Below are positions 1 through 9,997 of a DNA stretch of 64,000 nt, in pieces. This DNA is from Candidatus Eiseniibacteriota bacterium. Lineage in GTDB: Bacteria; Eisenbacteria; RBG-16-71-46; JABDJR01. How positions within the stretch are numbered: position 1 is the stretch's first letter; every line of letters begins with the position of its first letter. The notes under the pieces are model-generated. The model was not told where the DNA came from. It saw only the letters and a list, made by a program, of their open reading frames with translations, and searched no databases. The position numbers and the translations under genes were made by a program. The stretch lies in contig CAWANH010000003.1 of the NCBI GenBank assembly GCA_963783375.1, forward strand, positions 96,001 to 160,000. The letters run 5' to 3'.

Positions 1-1148
1 GCCTCCTCCAGAACGCTCTCCTCCAGCACCAGGGAGAGCCGCACGAAACCCTCCCCCGCCGGGCCGAGAGCGCTTCCGGGAAGCACCACGACTCCGGCGG
101 CGAGGCACCGCCCGGCGAAGCTATCGGAGGTGGATCCCGCGGGGACCGGAAGCCACACGTACATGGCCCCCGCCGGCTCGTCCACCGCGAACCCCATTTC
201 GCGGAGCCCGCGCACCACCAGGTCCCGCCGCCGGCGGAACCGCTCGCGAATCGCGGTCGCGTGGTCGTCGTCGGACCAGGCGGCGGCGGCTGCGCTCTGG
301 ATGAACTCGGGGGTGGCGACCCCCACCCCGGGGCGAAAGCGCTTCAGCGCCTCGATGAGCCGCGGGTCGCCGGCCATGAAGCCGCTCCGGTAGCCGGCCA
401 TTCCCGACCGCTTGGAAAGGGTATGAAGGGCCAGCACGTTCTCCGTTCCCCACCGGAGCGCGGTGTCCGGCGGCGCGCCGTAGTAGAGGTCGGCGTAGGC
501 CTCGTCGCTCACCAGGAGCACCCCGTGCTCGCGGGCCCGCTTCACCGCGTCCTCGAGGAATGACGCGGGGGCGGCGGCGCCGGTGGGGTTGTTGGGATAG
601 TTCAGCCAGAGAATCGAGGCCTTCCGCCAGACTTCGCCGGGGATCGCCTCCAGGTCGGGAAGGAACCCCCGTTCCCGCCGAAGCGGCAGCCGGTGAACGA
701 CCCCTCCCGCGGCCAGGGTCCCGAGGGCGTAGACCGGATAGGCGGGATCGGGGACCAGGGTCAGGGGGCGCTCCCCGGGATCGAGCACGGCCAGGGGGAG
801 GGTGAAGATCGCTTCCTTGGAGCCGTTCACCGGGAGGATTCCGAGGTCGGGGTCCACCTCCACCCCGAAGCGCCGCGCCATCCATCCCGCGGCCGCCTCG
901 CGAAGCGGGGCGATCCCTACCGCCCGCGGGTAGGTGGATCGCTCAGGGACGGCATTCAGAAGCGCCCGCTTCAGGAACTCCGGCGTGGGCTCCCGGGGAT
1001 CCCCCATCCCGAGGTCGATCGCCTTCACCCCGTCGGCTTCCACCCGGGCGCGAAGCTCGTCGAGCCGGGCGAAGGGATAGGGTGGGAGATCGCGCAGGTA
1101 AGGGCTCGAAGGCAGGGAGCCCGGCCGCCGCGCCTCCTCCCGGCTCAT
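1..1148 (-). CDS. dapC: PLP-dependent aminotransferase class I/II, succinyldiaminopimelate transaminase-like (3' end runs off the window)
   Basis: Not in the ORF track (no stop inside the window). Manual translation from ATG 1148 gives MSREEARRPGSLPSSPYLRDLPPYPFARLDELR...DLGMGDP, the PLP-lysine motif LHTLSKRSGMAGYRSGF and C-terminal GEGFVRLSLV. Lies directly downstream of dapE. Confidence 0.8.
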   Translation of the reverse strand, partial: MSREEARRPGSLPSSPYLRDLPPYPFARLDELRARVEADGVKAIDLGMGDPREPTPEFLKRALLNAVPERSTYPRAVGIAPLREAAAGWMARRFGVEVDPDLGILPVNGSKEAIFTLPLAVLDPGERPLTLVPDPAYPVYALGTLAAGGVVHRLPLRRERGFLPDLEAIPGEVWRKASILWLNYPNNPTGAAAPASFLEDAVKRAREHGVLLVSDEAYADLYYGAPPDTALRWGTENVLALHTLSKRSGMAGYRSGFMAGDPRLIEALKRFRPGVGVATPEFIQSAAAAAWSDDDHATAIRERFRRRRDLVVRGLREMGFAVDEPAGAMYVWLPVPAGSTSDSFAGRCLAAGVVVLPGSALGPAGEGFVRLSLVLEESVLEE

Positions 1149-1176
1149 CGAATCTCCGCGAAGAAACTGATGGAAC

Positions 1177-2286
1177 TCATTGATCCGCCTCGTTTTCCAG
1201 CAAGAAATCAGAGAGGACGTCGAAGCACTTCACCAGGGCCGGGATCCGCACCCGCTCGTCCTGCTTGTGGGCCAGCTCGGGATCCCCGGGGCCGAGGTTG
1301 GCCGCGGGGACGCCGTGGGCGGCGAACTGGGCCACGTCGGTCCAGGCCTGCTTGGCCCGGGCGGTGAGACCGCTCCGGACGAGGAGGCGGGTGAGGAGCG
1401 GGGCCTCGATCCGCGGGGGCGCGGCGGGGGCGAGGTCGGTGATCTCCACCGTGGCCCCCGCGGGAACCAGGGAGCGGAGGTATCGCTCCGCGGCCTCGGG
1501 GGCGCGATCGGGAGCGAACCGGAGGTTGACGTTGACCGTGAAGCGATCGGGGATCACGTTCCGCGCGTTCCCCCCCTCGGCCATGGTGGCCGAGACCACC
1601 TCCCGGAACACCGCCGGACCGTCGGTCACCTCCCGCGCCCCCATCGCCGCCAGGCTGGCCAGGAAAGGACCCGCCTTGTGGATGGCGTTCTCCCCCAGCC
1701 AGGGGCGCGCGCTGTGGGCCGAGACCCCGTGGAAGGTGACCCGGGCGTGAAGGGTGCCCAGGCATCCCAGCTCCAGCACGTTCCCGGTGGGCTCGAGGAT
1801 GAGCGCCAGCTCCGGCTCCCCCAGCCAGGGCTCGAGGAGGAACAGCCGCCGGAGGCCGTTCCGGGCGAAGGCGATCTCCTCACAGTCGTAAAATACCAAG
1901 GCGAATGACTTTGCCTGGAAATCCTCAGAATCTTTCGAGAGCGTTTCGGCCAGGGCGGCCATGACCGCCAGGGCCCCCTTCATGTCGGTGGTGCCCAACC
2001 CCACCACGTCCCCGCCGCGGATCCCGGGCTCGGGGTGGTTGTGCCGGGGCACGGTGTCGAGGTGGCCGGCCAGGACCACCCGGGGGGGACCCTCTCCGGC
2101 GTCGAATCCGTACCCGGCCACCAGGGCGTTTCCGTGACGACGGAGGAACGCGGGCCGGGTGTGCTCGGCGAGGTGTCGATGGAGGTGATCGGCCAGCGCG
2201 GCTTCCTCGCCGCTGGGGCTCGGAATCCGCGCCAGCTCCAACGTCCGCGCGGCCAGGACCGAGGCCATGTCGGAAGGTGTGTTCAT
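1177..2286 (-). CDS. dapE: Succinyl-diaminopimelate desuccinylase (M20 family)
   Basis: GHLDTVP, GTTDMKG, DCEEI, LEPT, SAHSARPWLGENAIH, WTDVA and AHKQDE motifs; adjacent to dapC. Confidence 0.85.
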   Translation of the reverse strand: MNTPSDMASVLAARTLELARIPSPSGEEAALADHLHRHLAEHTRPAFLRRHGNALVAGYGFDAGEGPPRVVLAGHLDTVPRHNHPEPGIRGGDVVGLGTTDMKGALAVMAALAETLSKDSEDFQAKSFALVFYDCEEIAFARNGLRRLFLLEPWLGEPELALILEPTGNVLELGCLGTLHARVTFHGVSAHSARPWLGENAIHKAGPFLASLAAMGAREVTDGPAVFREVVSATMAEGGNARNVIPDRFTVNVNLRFAPDRAPEAAERYLRSLVPAGATVEITDLAPAAPPRIEAPLLTRLLVRSGLTARAKQAWTDVAQFAAHGVPAANLGPGDPELAHKQDERVRIPALVKCFDVLSDFLLENEADQ

Positions 2287-2304
2287 GGACTCCAGCCTAC
2301 TCCG

Positions 2305-4167
2305 TCAGGGATGAACCGGCACCAGCGGCCAGATCCACGGGACCATGGCCACCACCACCACCAGGCAGATCAGGGTGAGAGGGAACCCCACCCGCGCGAA
2401 ATCGGTGAAGCGGTACCCGCCGGGCCCGTACACGAACATGTTGGTCTGGTAGCCGAAGGGGGTCAGAAACGACGCCGAGGCCGCGAAGGCCACGGTCAGG
2501 GCGAAGGGCCGGGGGTCCAGCCCGAAGTCCCGGGCGGCGGCGATGGCGATGGGGGTCATGATCACCGCGCAGGCGTTGTTGGTGATCATCTCGGTCAGGA
2601 ACACGGTGGTGATGAAGGTGGCGGCCAAAAGCGCGGTCGGCCCCAGCCCGCTGGCCTGCTCCATCACGTGCCGGGCGATGTAGCTCGCCGCCCCCGTCCG
2701 CTCCATGGTGAGCCCCAGGGAGATCATCCCGGCCAGGAGGAAGATGGTGCGCCGATCGATGGCCCGGTAGGTCTCGCGAAGGGTGAGGCAGCCGGAGAGG
2801 ACCATGAGCGCGGCCCCCCCCACCACCGCCTTCACCAGGCTCACCGCCCCGGTCGCGGCCACGATCACGGTCAGGGCCACCACCAGCACCGACAGCTTGC
2901 CCAGGCGACGCCGCGGGCGCGGGGGAAGGATCTGCACCACGCTCAGGATCTCGGAAAAACCGGCGAGGTCCCTGAGCCTCGATTTGGGCCCGTAGAGCAG
3001 GAGCACGTCGCCCACCCCGATCGGGACCCGCCCCACCCGCTCCCGGATGTATTCCCGGTGGTGATAGAGGGCCAGCGCGGTCACCCCGTACTTGTTCCGG
3101 AAGGCCGATTCCTTGAGGGTGCGGTTCTCGAGGGGGGAGCCGGGAGGCACCACCGCCTCGGCGAGCACCATGCCCCCGCCCAGGATGCCCGCGACGTCGG
3201 ACTTCACTTCCGAGCGGAGCCGGATACCCTCACTCTCCTGGATGGCGCGAATGGTGGAAAGCGGCGCTCCCACCAGGAGCACGTCGTGCTCCTGGAGCAC
3301 GGTGCTCGGGGAGGGAGGAATCCGGATGTCCCCCCGATGGATCTCCAGCACGTCGAGGTCGTAGAGATCGCTCAGGTGGCTCCGCTCCAGGGTCCGTCCG
3401 GCCAGGTGGGAACGGGGGACGATCTCCACCTCGGTCAGGTACTTGCGAAGGTGGTAGGCGGTGGCCAGGTCCCCTTCCCCCCGCCGGGTGGGGAGAAGCC
3501 TGGGAGCCAGGGTGGTGAGATAGAGAATGCCGAGCACCGCCAGCACGAGCCCCACCGGGAAGAACTCGAACATCCCCAGGGGCCGCAGGTTGTGCTCGGT
3601 GACCAGGCTCGCCACCACGATGTTGGTGGTGGTTCCGATCACCGTGCACATCCCCCCCAGGAGCGAGGCGTAGGAGAGCGGGATGAGGAAGCGGCTGGGC
3701 GAGAAGTTCCGCTCCCGGGTCACCGAGAGGGTGACGGGGAGAAACACCGCCACGGTGGCGGTGTTGCTGACGAAGGCGCTGATCGAAGCCACCAGGCCGG
3801 ACTGAAGACGGAGGAGCCCGCCTTCCGATCGCCAGGCGTGCCGGCGCATCCAGAGGGCGATCCCGTCGGTGATCCCGGTCCGCTGCACCCCGGCGCTCAA
3901 GATCAGCACCGCGGCCACGGTCAGGGTGGCCGGGTGGGCGAAGCCGATGAGGGCGCCGGTGGGAGACGTGGTCCCGGTGAACATGAGCGCCAGCATGACC
4001 GCCAGCCCCACCCCGTCCGGCGGCAACCGATTGGTGACGAGCAGCGCCAGCGCGGCGGCGAGAATGGCGAATAGGGTCAGGTGCTCCAAGCCGGTCCTCC
4101 CGGGCCCGGACGGTCCTCGAACGCCCGGCGGCAACCGGCTCCAGGAAACCATCCCGACTCGCGCCAA
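2305..4167 (-). CDS. SLC13/CitMHS-type permease with two TrkA-C (RCK_C) domains
   Basis: SAFVSNTATV, IGTTTNIVV, TEMITNNA and TPFGYQTN motifs around a central soluble RCK_C pair. True start probably near 4090. Confidence 0.85.
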   Translation of the reverse strand: MARVGMVSWSRLPPGVRGPSGPGRTGLEHLTLFAILAAALALLVTNRLPPDGVGLAVMLALMFTGTTSPTGALIGFAHPATLTVAAVLILSAGVQRTGITDGIALWMRRHAWRSEGGLLRLQSGLVASISAFVSNTATVAVFLPVTLSVTRERNFSPSRFLIPLSYASLLGGMCTVIGTTTNIVVASLVTEHNLRPLGMFEFFPVGLVLAVLGILYLTTLAPRLLPTRRGEGDLATAYHLRKYLTEVEIVPRSHLAGRTLERSHLSDLYDLDVLEIHRGDIRIPPSPSTVLQEHDVLLVGAPLSTIRAIQESEGIRLRSEVKSDVAGILGGGMVLAEAVVPPGSPLENRTLKESAFRNKYGVTALALYHHREYIRERVGRVPIGVGDVLLLYGPKSRLRDLAGFSEILSVVQILPPRPRRRLGKLSVLVVALTVIVAATGAVSLVKAVVGGAALMVLSGCLTLRETYRAIDRRTIFLLAGMISLGLTMERTGAASYIARHVMEQASGLGPTALLAATFITTVFLTEMITNNACAVIMTPIAIAAARDFGLDPRPFALTVAFAASASFLTPFGYQTNMFVYGPGGYRFTDFARVGFPLTLICLVVVVAMVPWIWPLVPVHP

Positions 4168-4246
4168 AGCCTATCCGACCGGGCGGGGACTGGCCAGCGC
4201 CGGATGCGGCGGCCGGCGCGGCGGAAGTCCAGCCGGGGGGCGAAGG

Positions 4247-4630
4247 CTAGTCCCAGTCCTTTCCACCGCGGTCCCGCTTCACCCGGGCCCGGCGCTGTTT
4301 TTCCCGGAGGCGGCGCTCCCCGGCCGCCCGGGTGGGACGGGTGGGTTTCCGCCGCTTCGGCTCGACCAGGAGTTCGGCCAGCTTGTCCCGGAGCCGGGTG
4401 AGCGCGTCCCCGAGGTTCCGCTTCTGGGAGCGCTCCCTCCGGCCGATCACCACCAGCCCGCTTGGACGGTGGTGGAGGCGGATCGAGGAGAGGGTGGTGT
4501 TCTTGTGCTGGCCGCCCGGCCCGGAACTCTTGAACGCGGTGACGTCGCACTCGGCCAGGAGCGCCTCGTCGTCGGGGGGAAGGCGGTAGACCGCCCGAAG
4601 CTCTTCGGGGGACGGCCGCGGGGCGCTCAC
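4247..4630 (-). CDS. Short release-factor (RF-1 domain, GGQ) peptidyl-tRNA hydrolase, ArfB-like
   Basis: SSGPGGQHKN motif, ERSQKRN and a basic tail (KRRKPTRPTRAAGERRLREK). GTG start overlaps the htpX stop (GTGA). Confidence 0.8.
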   Translation of the reverse strand: MSAPRPSPEELRAVYRLPPDDEALLAECDVTAFKSSGPGGQHKNTTLSSIRLHHRPSGLVVIGRRERSQKRNLGDALTRLRDKLAELLVEPKRRKPTRPTRAAGERRLREKQRRARVKRDRGGKDWD

Positions 4631-5586
4631 GCCTCCGGCCCGCGCCCCTCCAGCGCCCGAAGCCGGTCGATCCGTTCCTGGAGCGGAGGGTGGGTGGAGA
4701 GCAGCCCCTGGGCCCGCTTCTCGAAGGACTTGAAGGGGTTCACGATGTAGAGGTGCTGGGTGGCCCGGTTCGCCACCTCCAGCACCTCCTTGTCGCTCCC
4801 CAGTTTCTCCAGGGCCGAGGCCAGCCCCTCGGGGTAGCGGGTGAGCTCGACTCCCGAGGCGTCGGCCAGGTACTCCCGCTCGCGGGAGGCGGCGAGCTGG
4901 ATGAGCCGCGCCAGGAGCGGCGCCAGGATGGAGAGCACGATGGCCACGACGGCGATGACCGCGGTGATCGCTCCCCCGCCCCCACCGCCTCCGGAATCGC
5001 TCCGGCGGGAGCGGCGGCGCCCTCCCCCCCACCAGAGCCAGCGCCGGAACACGTCGGCCATGAGCACCAGGAATCCCACCATCACCGCGAGCAGCATCGA
5101 GAAACGGATGTCGTAGTTGCGCACGTGGCTGAGCTCGTGGGCCAGCACCCCCTGGAGCTCGGGGCGGGTGAGCCGGTCCCGGAGCCCGTTGGTGATGGCC
5201 ACCGAGGCGTGCCGGGGATCCCGGCCGGTGGCGAAGGCGTTCATGGCGGTGTCGTCGATCTTGTAGACCCGCGGCATGGGGGTTCCGGCCGCGATGGAGA
5301 GCTCCTCCACCACGTTCCAGAGCTGGGGATCGTCCTCCTTCCGGATCTCCCGGGCCCCGCTCATGGCCAGGACCGCGCTCGCCCCGCCGAAGTAGCTCGC
5401 CAGTGCCGCCACCCCCGCCACCACCAGGGCGATCAGCGCGGGGACGATTCCCGAGCGGGGATCGTCCCCGGTGAGGAACACCGCGAAGGCGTAGACCGTC
5501 ACCATGAACAGGAGGAGGAACAGGCCCACCAGCCCGGCGGACTTCCGCCGGTTGGCGGCGATGAGATCGACGAAGGTGGTGGGCAC
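4627..5586 (-). CDS. htpX: M48 family zinc metalloprotease HtpX
   Basis: NAFATG, HELSH zinc motif, SREREYLAD, STHPP and TM helices; follows lemA. Confidence 0.9.
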   Translation of the reverse strand: MPTTFVDLIAANRRKSAGLVGLFLLLFMVTVYAFAVFLTGDDPRSGIVPALIALVVAGVAALASYFGGASAVLAMSGAREIRKEDDPQLWNVVEELSIAAGTPMPRVYKIDDTAMNAFATGRDPRHASVAITNGLRDRLTRPELQGVLAHELSHVRNYDIRFSMLLAVMVGFLVLMADVFRRWLWWGGGRRRSRRSDSGGGGGGGAITAVIAVVAIVLSILAPLLARLIQLAASREREYLADASGVELTRYPEGLASALEKLGSDKEVLEVANRATQHLYIVNPFKSFEKRAQGLLSTHPPLQERIDRLRALEGRGPEA

Positions 5587-5611
5587 GGCGGCGGCGACTC
5601 CCTCGGGACGG

Positions 5612-6166
5612 TTAGAACTTGACCTTCGGCGCCTCGCGCTGGGCCGCGTCCTCGATCTCGAAGAACGCCTCCTGGGTGAACCCGAACATCCCGGCCATGA
5701 CGTTGGTGGGGAAGGACTGCACCCGGGTGTTGTAGGTGGCGGTGATGTCGTTGTAGTGCTGGCGGGCGAAGGAGATCCGATTCTCGGTGGTGGCCAGCTC
5801 TTCCTGCAGGGCCAGGAAATTCTGGTTGGCCTTGAGATCGGGATAGCTCTCGGAGAGGGCGAAGAGCTGGCGGAGCGCTCCGGTGAGCTGGTTCTCGGCC
5901 TGGGCCTGGGCCGGGACCCCGCTGGCCGAGATCGCCGCGTTCCGGGCGTTCACCACCCGTTCGAAGGTCTCCTTCTCGTGGGCGGCGTAGCCCTTCACCG
6001 TCTCCACCAGGTTCGGGATCAGGTCGTAGCGTCGCTTGAGCTGGACGTCGATCTGGCTCCACGCGTTCTTCACCTGCTGGCGAAGCTGGACCAGGCCGTT
6101 GTACATCCCGATCACCCAGAACACCACGAGGGCGACGAGGACCAGGAAACCCAAGAGGAAGATCAT
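5612..6166 (-). CDS. lemA: LemA family protein
   Basis: YNGLV...NAWSQIDVQLKRRYDLIPNLVETVKGY...YPDLKANQNF; AAGGAGGT RBS before ATG 6166. The ORF track over-extends it to 7276. Confidence 0.92.
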   Translation of the reverse strand: MIFLLGFLVLVALVVFWVIGMYNGLVQLRQQVKNAWSQIDVQLKRRYDLIPNLVETVKGYAAHEKETFERVVNARNAAISASGVPAQAQAENQLTGALRQLFALSESYPDLKANQNFLALQEELATTENRISFARQHYNDITATYNTRVQSFPTNVMAGMFGFTQEAFFEIEDAAQREAPKVKF

Positions 6167-6208
6167 CAGTACCTCCTTGTGATCGGAGCGTCCGCGCACC
6201 GGGCCCGA

Positions 6209-6238
6209 GCCGGGCCGGGCCGGACCGGGCCGGGCCGG
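6209..6238 (+). repeat. Pentanucleotide tandem repeat (G/A)CCGG x6 upstream of lemA
   Basis: gccgg gccgg gccgg accgg gccgg gccgg, read directly. Confidence 0.6.
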
Positions 6239-6327
6239 CATACCGATGAGAGTGAAGCACCCGCCGGCCCCCGGCAAGGCCCTACCTCGATTACGCATTG
6301 CGGGGCGCTGGGGTTGCCGGCGCGGAG

Positions 6328-7276
6328 TCACCCTTCGCGGGGCCAGAGACGAAGGAGCTCCCGCGCGGTGGCGAGGTGGGCGGCCACGGTTTCCTCGGGA
6401 TCGGCGGCATAGCCACCGGCCAGGAGCGCGACCACCGAGGCCCCCGCGTCCCGGGCGGCGGTGAACACCCGCCGGTCCCGCTCGGCCATTCCCTCGAGAG
6501 TCAGGGCCAGGCCCCCCAACCGGTCCCGCCGGAAGGGATCGGCCCCGGCCAGGTAGTAGACCAGCTCCGGGCGGCGGGTGGTCACCGAAACTCCGAGCCC
6601 CTCGTCGAGCCGGGCCAGGTAGTCGTCGTCCCCGATCCCGTCGGGGAGCCCCATGTCGAGGTCGCTCCGCTCCTTCGGGGGGTAGTTGTTCTCCTGGTGC
6701 ATGGAGAAGGTGAAGACCCGGTCGTCCCCCTGGAAGATCCGCGCGGTGCCGTTCCCCTGGTGGACGTCGAGGTCCACCACGCTCACCCGGGCCACCGGCC
6801 GGCCGGCCGGGGTGGTCAGGGGCGGGGCGGCACCGTCCCCCAGGGCCGTCCGCGCCGCCACCGCGGTGTCGTTCAAATAGCAGAACCCCTCGGCATGGTC
6901 GGCAAAGGCGTGGTGGAAACCTCCTCCCAGGTGCATGGCCGCGCCCCGGACCGCGGCCAACCGGGTGGCGGTCACCGTGCCGTAGGCGGCCAGCTCGAAC
7001 CAGCGCACGATTTCCGCGGTCAGGGGAAGCTCGGAGGGATCGGGTGCCCCGGGTCTCCCGAAGGGCGAAGAGATCGGCCAGGTAGGCGCTCCGGTGGGCC
7101 AGGGCGAGCATCCCTCTCTCCCCCGGTTCGGGCTCCGTGAATGCATCCGGGGAGACCGCCCCGGATTCGAGGAGTCGCTCCCGTACCCGCCGGTACTTGA
7201 AGGTGGGAAAGACGTGGGGGCCGATGTCCGCCTCGTAGGCCGGGCTGAACACGAAGACGGGAGTCGGAGCGCTCAT
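6328..7276 (-). CDS. Histone deacetylase family (zinc-dependent deacylase), frameshifted at ~7037
   Basis: N-terminus HVFPTFKY...LAH in one frame; GGGFHHA, GFCYLND, DLDVHQGNGT, AGADPF and AGGY in another. Removing one C in TCCCTCC joins them (TRS-SELPL). Confidence 0.85.
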
Positions 7277-7392
7277 GGGGACCTCGGATCGTCGGCCGGA
7301 AGGGCCGGAGGCCGGCCGCCGCCACGCGTTTCGCCGCCCTCAGTCCCCGCTCCCCCCGGCCGATCTATTAGGTGCGGGAAAGGGGGACGTTC

Positions 7393-8094
7393 ATGAATCC
7401 ATTCGAGAAGACTAGTGCGCTGGATTGGCTGGAGGCAATGGACGAGGTCGCCTACGCGGTGGACGCCTCGGGAACCATCCGACAGGTGGGACACACCCGC
7501 TGGCGGGAGTTCGCCGTGGCCGGAGGCGCCCCGTCGCTGGCCGAGCCCGCCCACGTCATCGGACGCTCCCTCTTCGCCTTCATCCTGGGGGAGGAGGTTC
7601 GGGAGAGCTATCTGCGGATCCACGATCTGATCCTCTCCGGCCACCGCGCCCGGATCGCCTTTCCCTTCCGCTGCGACGCTCCCGATCTCCGGCGCGACAT
7701 GTGGATGACCGTCACCCCGGTCCGTTCCGGGGGGGAGCCGGTGGGAATCCTCTATCGCTCGGCGGTCCGCTCGTCCGAACCCCGGCCGCCGTGGGGGTTC
7801 CTCGCCTCCCGGTCCACGTCCGGGAGCACGGAAGCGATGCACGTGCTGGTCACCTGCAGCTACTGCCGGTCGGTGCGGACGCCGGACTGGCTCCCCGCGC
7901 CCGGAAGCGGCCCGGGCCCCGTCCGAAACGAGTCGAGCCCCGGAACCGGGGGGGATTGGATCGACGGCGGGGAGTACCAACGCCGCGGCGGCACCAACCT
8001 GGTTCGCATGAGCCACGGCATCTGCGGCGACTGCCGGCGGGCCATCGTGGAACCCGTTCTGGCCGGATTGCGGGGGCGCGTTCACGCCGCTTGA
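7393..8094 (+). CDS. PAS-like domain protein with C-terminal CxxC...SHGICxxC zinc-binding module
   Basis: YAVDASGTIRQV...IGRSLF...FPFRCDAP (PAS-like), then CSYC and SHGICGDC. Confidence 0.65.
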   Translation: MNPFEKTSALDWLEAMDEVAYAVDASGTIRQVGHTRWREFAVAGGAPSLAEPAHVIGRSLFAFILGEEVRESYLRIHDLILSGHRARIAFPFRCDAPDLRRDMWMTVTPVRSGGEPVGILYRSAVRSSEPRPPWGFLASRSTSGSTEAMHVLVTCSYCRSVRTPDWLPAPGSGPGPVRNESSPGTGGDWIDGGEYQRRGGTNLVRMSHGICGDCRRAIVEPVLAGLRGRVHAA

Positions 8095-8303
8095 TCCGGC
8101 CGGGGGCCGGGACGGTCTCCGCCGCCGGCGCGAGGCCGGGGCAAAGAACCGCCCGATCAGCGGCCGACGGCCGTCCGGCCGGGTCCTCGGCGGTTTCGTT
8201 CCCCACCACCGGAGACCAGCGGCCCCGCCGTCCACCGACCGGGCGCGAACACCGGTATCCGAGCTAACCGCCCGGAACCCCGTGGGGCCCGGGCGGAACC
8301 GGG

Positions 8304-9008
8304 CTACTGCTTCTCGATGGTGATGCTCTCGATCCGGATCGGGGTCTTGGGCCGATCGTTGGGGTCGGTGGCCGTCTTGGCGATGGAGTTCACCACGTCC
8401 ATCCCCTTCGCCACCTCGCCGAAGACGGTGTACTGGCCGTCGAGGCTCTTCTGCGGAGCCACGGTGATGAACCACTGGCTGCCGTTGGTGTCGGGCCGGG
8501 AGGTCCGCGCCATGCCGAGAACCCCCGGCTTGTCGAACTTCAGATTGGGGTCGGTCTCGGTCTTGAAGGTCCCGCCCCAGAGACTCTCCCCGCCCATCCC
8601 GGTGCCCTGGGGATCGCCGGTCTGGATCATGAACCCTGCGATCACCCGGTGGAAGATCACGCCGTTGTAGTAGCCCTTGGCGGCCAAGCCCTTGAAGTTG
8701 GCCACGGCCAGGGGCGCCTGCCCGGGGTAGAAGCGCAGGGTGATGTCGCCCTGGGACGTCTTGACCACCGCGACTTCGTCGGCCGGTCCCGGATCCTTGT
8801 TCATCGATCGTTCCACGATTTCCTCCTGGGGCGACTTGGCCTCGCTCATGGCGCCGGCCGCGGTGCTCTCCGCCGCCGACTTTCCCATTTCCCCGCCACC
8901 CGAGGCCGAGCCGGGTTGTTCCTGGGCCTTCTGGGTCGAAGAACCGCCGCCGCATGCGCTCAGACCGACCAGGGCCCCCGCCAGCGCCACCATCCAAAAC
9001 GTCCGCAT
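8304..9008 (-). CDS. Cyclophilin-type peptidyl-prolyl isomerase, lipoprotein
   Basis: Lipobox LSAC; FHRVIAGFMIQTGDPQGTGMGG, NGSQWFIT, LDGQYTVFGEV. Confidence 0.92.
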   Translation of the reverse strand: MRTFWMVALAGALVGLSACGGGSSTQKAQEQPGSASGGGEMGKSAAESTAAGAMSEAKSPQEEIVERSMNKDPGPADEVAVVKTSQGDITLRFYPGQAPLAVANFKGLAAKGYYNGVIFHRVIAGFMIQTGDPQGTGMGGESLWGGTFKTETDPNLKFDKPGVLGMARTSRPDTNGSQWFITVAPQKSLDGQYTVFGEVAKGMDVVNSIAKTATDPNDRPKTPIRIESITIEKQ

Positions 9009-9162
9009 GTTCGCCCTCCTCGATGCCCGGTCGCCCCGCCGTCCCCGGATGCGCGCCGGATGGGTTGAATTCGTCGCGCCATTCTACGGCGGCCGGGCCG
9101 GGTCGGCAACCTGGCCGGGGTCCCCGGCGGGCTGCCGGAAATCCGGCCCCCGGGGTCCGGAT

Positions 9163-9191
9163 TTGACGGGGCCCGGGGATTGGGGCAGAAT
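9163..9191 (+). promoter_or_regulatory. Sigma70-like promoter for fabI
   Basis: TTGACG-17 nt-CAGAAT, 30 nt before the ATG. Confidence 0.5.
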
Positions 9192-9220
9192 TCCCCGCTT
9201 ACCCATCGGGAGGGGCTTGG

Positions 9221-9997
9221 ATGTATACGCTCGACCTCGCCGGAAAGACCGGTCTCATCTTCGGCGTGGCCAACAAGCGGAGCCTGGCCGCGGGAATCGC
9301 CGGCCACCTGGACCGGGCGGGGGCGCGGCTCGCCTTCGCCTACCAGGGGGAGCGTTTCCGGGACGCGGTGGCCGTCATCTCCGAGAAGATGAAGGACCCC
9401 CTTCTGGTGGAGTGCGACGTCACCCGGGACGAGGACCTGGAGCAGGCCTTCGATACCGTGAAGCGCGAGTTCGGCCATCTGGACTACGTGGTCCATTCGG
9501 TGGCCTTCGCCCCCCGCGAGGAGCTGGAGGGGGAATACCGGAACACGTCCCGCGAGGGGTTCCGGATCGCCCTGGAGATCTCCGCCTACTCGCTCATCCC
9601 CATGGCCAGGCTGGCCGCGCCGCTCATGGAGGGACGAAATGGAGCCATGGTGGCCCTGTCCTACCTGGGAGCGGAGCGGGCCATACCCAGCTACAACGTG
9701 ATGGGCACGGCCAAGGCCGCGCTGGAGCACGCGGTGAGACAGCTCTCGCTGGGGTTGGGGAAGCACAACATCCGGGTGAACGCGATCTCGGCCGGACCGG
9801 TGAACACCCTCTCCGCCCGGGGGGTGAGCGGATTCAACAACATGCTCAAGGTCTACGAGGAGCGGTCCCCGCTCGGCCGGAACATCACCCAGGACGAGGT
9901 GGGGGCGGCCGCCCTGTTTCTCCTCAGCGACATGGCCAGCGGGATCACCGGCACCGTCCTCCACGTGGACGCCGGCTTCCACATCACCGCGATCTAG
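9221..9997 (+). CDS. fabI: Enoyl-ACP reductase
   Basis: GVANKRSLA, HSVAFAP, ISAYSL, YNVMGTAKAALE, NAISAGP. Confidence 0.93.
   Translation: MYTLDLAGKTGLIFGVANKRSLAAGIAGHLDRAGARLAFAYQGERFRDAVAVISEKMKDPLLVECDVTRDEDLEQAFDTVKREFGHLDYVVHSVAFAPREELEGEYRNTSREGFRIALEISAYSLIPMARLAAPLMEGRNGAMVALSYLGAERAIPSYNVMGTAKAALEHAVRQLSLGLGKHNIRVNAISAGPVNTLSARGVSGFNNMLKVYEERSPLGRNITQDEVGAAALFLLSDMASGITGTVLHVDAGFHITAI

Noticed and set aside
5612-7276. Apparent HDAC-LemA fusion ORF (554 aa)
   Set aside because: Artefact of the HDAC frameshift; lemA has its own RBS and ATG at 6166.
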